Assembly: GCA_964016885.1 (NCBI GenBank) | Contig: OZ024741.1 | Span: 109,864,001 to 109,928,000 of the forward strand | Length of the DNA: 64,000 bases | Direction of reading: 5' to 3' | Source of the DNA: Eledone cirrhosa | Lineage: Eukaryota | In this document: one piece after another, positions 55,843 through 64,000 of the stretch | Position numbering within the stretch: position 1 is the stretch's first letter | How the letters are laid out: each line of letters opens with the position of its first letter | Notes under the pieces: model-generated | What the model saw: the letters and a program-made list of their open reading frames with translations, nothing else | What the model was told of the DNA's origin: nothing | Databases searched by the model: none | Translations under genes and position numbers: made by a program

Positions 55843-58350
55843 ACCAAGGTTTCTTGGTGAGGAGGGTGACTTTGGACATCCTGCAGGACTAAAAACAAAA
55901 CCTGTCAAAAGGCAAAGGAGCTCTTAAGAGTCAATGGCCATCCAAAATCACCGGGAGAGATGACCCCTTAGCCTTTGTCAAGACAGAATTCTAGGAGAAG
56001 GAAAACTCTGATATAACACCTGCAACCCTGATGGTATCCAATGATGTTGACTTGTTCTTCTTTTTGGTAAATATCATCTTGGTTAAGAGAGTGGGACTGG
56101 CTTTGTGCAGTGCCTTTGCTCACTATAAAAGCTTCATGGCACAGGCATTGCTTTATATCTGGAGATCTCTCTGCACTTGTCGTCACATGGTACCATGGGC
56201 CCAGCACTATGTGTCAATAATTGTCACAAGTGTAGTGTTTGTACCAGAGTTTTCAAGTCGCTGGCTGGACTAAAACGTCACACTCGTTCAGCGCATCGGT
56301 AGGGGTTCTCCTACATGGATATAAAGTAGTGGCCGTACTCGAAAACGAGTTGGCAGCCACCATGTATATATATATTGTATGTATGTATATATATCAAAGG
56401 GCAAAGGAGCTCTTAAGAGTCAATGGTCATCCAAAATCACCGGGAGAGATGACCCCTTAGCCTACATATATATGTATGTGTATATGTATATATATATATA
56501 TATATATTATGTCAGGTCACCAGTTGGTGCTACTGGTAACATGTATCCCAGTACAACCTGTCTCATGGTCGGGTCGTTGGCGACTAAACTGGCAACCCCA
56601 CCAAGGTTTCTTGGTGAGGAGGGTGACTTTGGACATCCTGCAGGACTAAAAACAAAACCTGTCAAAGGGCAAAGGAGCTCTTAAGAGTCAATGGCCATCC
56701 AAAATCACCGGGAGAGATGACCCCTTAGCCTTTGTCAAGGCAGAATTCTAGGAGAAGGAAAACTCTGATATAACACCTGCAACCCTGATGGTATCCAATG
56801 ATGTTGACTTGTTCTTCTTTTTGGTAAATATCATCTTGGTTAAGAGAGTGGGACTGGCTTTGTGCAGTGCCTTTGCTCACTATAAAAGCTTCACGGCACA
56901 GGCATTGCTTTATATCTGGAGATCTCTCTGCACTTGTCGTCACATGGTACCATGGGCCCAGCACTATGTGTCAGTAATTGTCACAGGTGTAGTGTTTGTA
57001 CCAGAGTTTTCAAGTCGCTGGCTGGACTAAAAAGTCACACTCGTTCAGCGCATCGGTAGGGGTTCTCCTACATGGATATAAAGTAGTGGCCGTACTCGAA
57101 AACGAGTTGGCAGCCACCATGTATGTATGTATGTATGTATGTATGTATGTATGTATGTATGTATGTATGTATGTATGTATGTATGTCAGGTCACCAGTTG
57201 GTGCCACTGGTAACATGTATCCCAGTACAACCTGTCTCATGGTCGGGTCGTTGGCGACTAAACTGGTAACCCACCAAGGTTTCTTGGTGAGGAGGGTGAC
57301 TTTGGACATCCTGCAGGACTAAAATCAAAACCTGTCAAAGGGCAAAGGAGCTCTTAAGAGTCAATGGCCATCCAAAATCACCGGGAGAGATGACCCCTTA
57401 GCCTTTGTCAAGGCAGAATTCTAGGAGAAGGAAAACTCTGATATAACACCTGCAACCCTGATGGTATCCAATGATGTTGACTTGTTCTTCTTTTTGGTAA
57501 ATATCATCTTGGTTAAGGGAGTGGGACTGGCTTTGTGCAGTGCCTTTGCTCACTATAAAAGCATCACGGCACAGGCATTGCTTTATATCTGGAGATCTCT
57601 CTGCACTTGTCGTCACATGGTACCATGGGCCCAGCACTATGTGTCAATAATTGTCACAAGTGTACCAGAGTTTTTCAGTCGCTGGCTGGACTAAAAAATC
57701 ACACTCGTTCAGCGCTTCGGTAGGGGTTCTCCTACATGGATATAAAGTAGTGGCCGTACTCGAAAACGAGTTGGCAGCCTCCATGTATGTATGTATGTAT
57801 GTATATTTATGTCAGGTCGCTCTCGAGTGCTACTGCTAAAATGTAACCCAGTACAACCTGTCTCATAGTCGGATCGTCGGCGACTAACCCGGCAACCTCA
57901 CCAAGCCAGTTTAGTGAGGGGCGTGATATTTGGACACCCTGCGGGGTGAAATATAAGAACCGGCAAAGGACGGAGGAACCCAGCAGAGTCAACGGCTATC
58001 CAAATAGTACTTTTTTTTTAGTTGACTTTTTTCACCTGGGAATGAAAGGCCCCCAGTTGTTGTCACAACACCTTTCTAAGAGAGGGAAATTCTAAAAAAA
58101 AAAACCTGCGGCTTTGGAAGCATCCGATGATGTTGACCAGTTCTCCTTTTTGGGTAGTGTTTTCGATGCTCAGAGAATGGGATTGGTCGAGTGCAAGGCC
58201 TTTTCCCACACTTAAAAAACATTCAAAGCACAGGCATTGCTTGTTCAGGTTATTTCACAGATTCGTGTGGCTGGCCGTAGCCTAAAAGTGCACCAAACTC
58301 TATAATCTGACAAGCGATGCAGTACTCTTAGTAGAGTTTGCAGCCATCAT
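55843..58350 (+). mobile_element. Head-to-tail array of ~600-bp non-coding retroposon-like units with (TATG)n tails
   Basis: Units at 55843-56362 (5'-truncated), 56393-56462 (partial), 56511-57120, 57184-57785 and a divergent 57810-58350; each full unit is followed by (TATG)n or (TA)n. Confidence 0.8.
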
Positions 58351-58404
58351 GTATGTATATATGTAGGTATAACTTTTCCCCCACAACCCCGCTGCAAGCA
58401 AATC

Positions 58405-58900
58405 ACCCCAAATATCCTCCCCTCCTTCTTCTTCTTCTTCTTCTTCTTCTTCTTCTTCTTCTTCTTCTTCTTCTTCTTCTTCTTCTTCTTCTTCTTCTTC
58501 TTCTTCTTCTTCTTCTTCTTCTTCTTCTTCTTCTTCTTCTTCTTCTCCTTCTACCAGCCGGTGCTGTCAGAATGAACCATCCCCAGTTGATCCTGCTGGA
58601 TCCCCAAGCGAGACCAAGTGAGACCAACCGAGCTCATGAAGGTTATCTAACCATCTTGCTCGGTCTCTCCAGTGATTCGTTCCTGAGACATTCTAATGCC
58701 ATGCCAATAATATCAGAGCTGTGATCTCTCAATTCGAAGAGGTAACGGATGTACCTGGAACGAATCTCTGATCGGTGAGCTACGCACTCTATCGTGTAAT
58801 ATTATTCCAACGACCCTTGGGAGAAACCCCATTCGGCAACTTGTATTCGCGATCGTATTCTTTAGGTCATTACCCAGGATTTCATAAGCATAGGTAAAAG
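58405..58900 (-). mobile_element. RTE LINE 3' end with (GAA)n tail
   Basis: Homologous to 24640-24900; (TTC)n at 58405-58546. Confidence 0.7.
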
Positions 58901-59299
58901 TCGGTTTCCTTTAAATATTGTGGTTATTAGATAAATTAGCATCATACACTCTGTAGAGCACTTAATCTTAAAACTACTGGACAATGAACACAGTCATCAT
59001 ATATGAAATAATCATTATATAAGCCTTGTAAAGAAAACATCATTCTGAATACATTATTAACTTGAGAACCAGCAATAAATCTAATTTAACGAAACTAACA
59101 TTAGATTGCAAATATACTGTCCAATATATTGTACGTGAAAATTAACCAGTCAAACCAAGAAATTAAAAATAGACTAAGTAAATTAGAATTAGAATGTACA
59201 AACAAAAATAAATTAATAAAATATTTAGCTGTTGTCGTTGAACTTCTATCCACCACGCTGCCACAAGCCAAACGACACAACTACGCCACACCACGGAGG

Positions 59300-59885
59300 T
59301 AATTGAAAACATCTTCATCTTTATCATCATCATCGTTGTCGTCGTCATCATCATCATCACCACCACTACCACCACTACCACCACTACCACCACTTCAACC
59401 ACCGCCATCATCACATCAACTACCACGATCAGCCCTATTCATACTGTTGGGGTTAGAAACAACAAAAACAACAACAACGCCAATACCACCACTACCAACA
59501 GCAACAACAATAGCAACAATAGCAATAACAATATCAACACCACAAACTACAACAACAACAATAACAACAACAACAACAATAACAATATCAACACCACAAA
59601 CAACACTAACAACACCATTTTCAACAACACCAACAGTAACAATAACTACAACATCAACACACCAACAACACCAACAACACCATTACCACCAACAACAACA
59701 GCAGTAACAATAACAACAGCAACGACACCACCAACAACACTAACACCACCATTACCAACAATAACAACAATAACAACAACAGTAACAACAATATTAATAC
59801 CACCAACAACACCAACACCACCATTACCAACAGCAACAACAACAGTAACAACACCAACAACACCAACAACAATGATGAACAACAT
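59300..59885. repeat. (CAT/CCA/CAA)n low-complexity tract
   Basis: Direct reading. Confidence 0.9.
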
Positions 59886-60322
59886 AAAGAAATGCCTTTA
59901 AGAATGAGGGAAACGACTGTGGTGTGTATATATATATATATATACGAACTTTTACCTTTTACCATTCCATCCATTTCTTCATTCCTGTGTGTTTTCCACT
60001 CAATTAACGTCACATTCCTCAACAATTGACAAGCCACCACTCAGAACATCCCACACCCTACCAATAATGGGGCACCACTTGTATTTTCCTTCTTCATCAT
60101 CGCCCCCCGCCCTCTCTCCGCATCCCTGTTCTAGTCTTTATCAAGAACCTTTAAAGATGCAGAATATCTTCTAAATTAGTTTTTAAAAAATAACATTTCT
60201 AATGAAAGAATATAACCAAAGTCTTTCTAGATATTCACCTAATTCATCAAACTCAGTTTTCCTTTACAAGGAATTCACCGCTTTACCGACAGAAATTCTT
60301 GTCTAAAAGCTGCTCTTGCTGC

Positions 60323-60369
<47 letters not shown>

Positions 60370-60723
60370 TCGTTGTTGTTGATTTTATGGCTAATGTTGC
60401 AGTCGATGTTACTGATGTTGTTGTTGTTGATGTTGTTGATGAAAATTTACAGTTTATTTTAACTTAACACTCTTTACAGAAAAAAAGGACTTGAATCTTT
60501 CCCGTAAAGATCAACACTTTACATGCCCATACACCAAAATATATTTACTTATTTAACCCCAATTAAACATATTGTTTGGAAAACAACCATACTTCTTATA
60601 CTAATAAAGCCTATTCTTAGTAAATATACATTTTTCCCCTAAAAGTTGAAATTTTTGTGCAGTGTACTACACCATAAGAACTTTTAATTATGTTATATGT
60701 TGTGTTGATGTTTTTGTTTAGAA

Positions 60724-60880
60724 CCTGGGTCAAGCCAGGGTCAGCTCTGGGGCAGGCTAGGGTCAGCTCTGGGTCAGGCCAGGGTCAGCTCTGGGTCAGG
60801 CCAGGGTCAGCTCTGGGTCAGGCCAGGGTCAGCTCTGAGTCAGGCCAGGGTCAGCTCTGAGTCAGGCCAGGGTCAGCCAT
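60724..60880. repeat. 22-bp GC-rich minisatellite, about 7 copies
   Basis: Unit CCAGGGTCAGCTCTGGGTCAGG (copies start at 60779 and 60801); heads a run of decayed ~130-bp repeats to about 61400. Confidence 0.9.
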
Positions 60881-61884
60881 AAGTCTACTGACCTTTGGCT
60901 ATAGACTTTCCATCTGTGATTATCTCGTCTTTTATTCAGACAGAGATTATCAAACACTACGTTATGTAACGTATAGTATAATAGGTAGCATTAGTGGTTG
61001 TCGTTGTTGTTGCTATTTAAATCCAGGTTGGTTCTGATCTAACAGGCATATGATCAATTATATTCCTGCTGTGAGCATCTTGACTTTTAATCAGATATAG
61101 TGTAACCAGGACTACTAGTGGCATTAGGTTTTGCTATTATTTTTTAACCCTAGGTCAATCAAACTTAATTTCACAGGCCTATGAACAAATATGTTCCAGT
61201 CATTCCATCTTGTATTCAGACATAGTATATCTAAAACTACATTACCCAATGTGTTCTTTGTTGTTGCAGATGTTGTTGTTGCTGCCACTGTTATTGTAGT
61301 CGTTTTGGGGTTTTTAAATCATGTGAGCTTAGATCCAGCAGACCTATAATCCAAGACGTTCCAACTGTGACTATCCTGCCTTATTTCCAGACAGTATATT
61401 TGATATGTCGTAGGTTCTTAGATTTGAGGGAGATTTGCCTGCTGTTTCTAGCAGGTAATGTGCGACATAGCTACCCTTCTTTGAATTAGAGGTACAACTC
61501 ATTTTTGCTAGCCGAGTAGAAGAGTAAAGTTAGATAAAGAATCTTGCTCAAGGATACACCGTAGTGCGAGGAATCGAACTCCTGACTTTATGATCATGAG
61601 CTAATATCCTAAGTACTAAGCAACTCACCTTCAGTGATGTACCAGGGGCGATAAAATCTATAAGACACTTTCACCACAAACAATTTGAGGTCATCAGGCA
61701 CCTATGTTAAAATAAAGTACCAGTAATGTACTGGGTAATTGCTGGCCTTGTGCCAAAAGTAGGAACAACTATTATTACAGCTGGCTATATAACCGAATAA
61801 TTTCGCATATTTTAACATTTTATGACTATATTAAACACAACAGCAACAACAACGTCAACATTAACAAGCAATAGAATGAAGTAA

Positions 61885-63215
61885 AACCACACAAATATAC
61901 ACACATACTAACTTATACACTTACATAATACACACACTCATGAATACACTCACTTATACACTGACGTATACACACATACAAATTCATACACTCACATACA
62001 GACACACACACTCATTCATACACACATATATACATGCATTCATTCATGCACTTACACACACACTCACTCATAAATTCACACATATACACACACACACACA
62101 CACACTCTCTTGAACTCACATGTACGCACATACAGACACGCACATATTCATACACACACATAAACTCATACAAACACACACATTCATTCATACACATATA
62201 TATATATGCACTTACAAATTCATGCACTCATGCACTTACAAATTCACACACACTCACTCATAAACTCACATATATACACACACACACACACACACTCTTG
62301 AACTCACACACACTCACCCATACTCACATAAGCGCACCTTCACTCGTACACTCATACATACACACAGACACTCACACATATACGCAAATATACACACAAA
62401 TTCACACATACAAATATACACACAAATTTACACATACAATTACATATACACATATATATACACACGCTCACGCATAGATATACATATACACACACACATA
62501 AACTCACTTAAACACACGCGTACTCACTCATACATTCACATTTACACACATACTCACATATACACATATACTCATACACTCACTTATACACACACACATC
62601 CATACACTCATACACATACACACACTCATACATTCACATATATACACATACACGCTCACTCATACATTCACTTATGCACACACATTCACTCATACACACA
62701 AATATACTCACGCATTCACTCATATAAATATATACACACATTTATACAAACACTTACATATACACACACGTATATACATACACTCACTCATAGACACACA
62801 TACACACACAACACACTCACTTATAGAAATACACTCATACACTCACATATTCACACACACTCTCCCCCATACACTCACACACACACACACACTCACTTAT
62901 ACATTCACATACACACACAAGCATACAATCACACATACACACACACACACGTACACTCACATACTCACACACACTCACTCATACACTCACATATGCACAC
63001 ACTCATATACTCACAAATGCACACATATACTCACATATACACACACACTCACTCATACACTCACATATACACACACTCAGTCATACGTTCACATATACAC
63101 ACACTCACTCATACGTTCACATATACACACACTCACTCATACACTCACATATACACACACCCATTCATATATTCGTAAATACACACTAGACAAACACACA
63201 GACACACAGACAAAA
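61885..63215. repeat. Degenerate (CA/TA)n tract
   Basis: Direct reading. Confidence 0.9.
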
Positions 63216-63453
63216 CGCTAAAAACTATCCAAGGCAAGCAGAAACAATAATGTAATCATTGAAAGAATAGTGTTTGAAGCTTCCCCGAGAGGGCGCCACA
63301 TGTCTGGGACATGGCGGCAAAACCATCGGCGTCCATTTTACATCATTCATTTCTATTGTAGATGGTGCCTTTTTTATATTTCAATTCATCACCATCATCA
63401 TTCTTCTTCTTCTTCTTCTTCTTCTTCTTCTTCTTCTTCTTCTTGTAGTACTT

Positions 63454-63504
<51 letters not shown>

Positions 63505-63760
63505 TTTATTGTTATTGCTGTTCTCGTTGTTGTTGCTGGTGTTTCTGTTCTTATTCAGTTTATGTCTTATTGTTTGCAGCTGCTGCAGTTGCTGCAGCTG
63601 TTGCTGTTGCTGCTGTTGATGCTGTTGTTACAGCTGCCGTTGTTTTTGCTATTGTTGTTACTGCTACAATAACTGCTTTTGTTGTTACTAATGTTGTTAT
63701 AGCGAAGCTTGCTATTGTTATTGTTGTTAATTTGTATAATACTCTTGTTGGTGGTATTAT

Positions 63761-63805
<45 letters not shown>

Positions 63806-63902
63806 TGTTGTTGTTGTTTAGCCACAGGTTAACACTTATCCTTTCCAGGAGAGATATTATCAAAGATGTCGTACACGTGATCACTTCGATTTTTCTTTAA
63901 GT

Positions 63903-64000
63903 ACTAGACCACCCGTGACCCGTTCACTTCAAAATATGTTTTTAAAATCATGTTCACTTAAAAATAATTTTTAGATAATTAAAATATACACAGACATGTA
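63903..64000 (-). mobile_element. Helitron 3' end (continues beyond the window)
   Basis: Minus strand reads aacgggtcacgggtggtCTAGt; homologous to 52015-52122. Confidence 0.65.

Noticed and set aside
56511-56595. HDV-like ribozyme (stem order and CTAA resemble P1-P2-P3-P4-J4/2)
   Set aside because: The P2 pairing (ccagtt/aactgg) is lost in the divergent unit and I could not place L3 or P1.1; kept only as an unassigned structured RNA.
55843-58350. CRISPR-like array, or a repeated 79-80 aa gene
   Set aside because: Units are long and separated by microsatellites, not unique spacers; the ORFs are lost in the divergent unit; the context is eukaryotic.

Overview
An AT-rich animal genomic window saturated with microsatellites ((TA)n, (CA)n, (GA)n, (TATG)n, trinucleotide tracts). 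The repeat make-up suggests a cephalopod such as Octopus; this is an inference and was not searched. I found no convincing host gene, and almost all listed ORFs are microsatellite artefacts. The real coding remnants are all mobile elements: a young 5'-truncated Penelope-like element (PLE; Naiad-type RT thumb plus GIY-YIG), Nematis-like and Neptune-like PLE remnants, RTE LINE pieces (one with an exact 5' inversion), two CRE-type endonuclease fragments and a Tc1/mariner relic. Non-coding mobile elements include Helitrons, hAT MITEs and about 20 tRNA-derived SINEs. The main signal is a dense set of minimal type-I hammerhead ribozymes from at least six unrelated sequence families: 13 full or point-mutated cores plus several half-cores. 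Most sit in short non-coding cassettes inserted in (TA)n and arranged as fold-back inverted repeats, and the fold point often falls inside ribozyme helix II. A head-to-tail array of ~600-bp structured non-coding units with (TATG)n tails lies at 55.8-58.4 kb. All folds and coordinates were read by eye.
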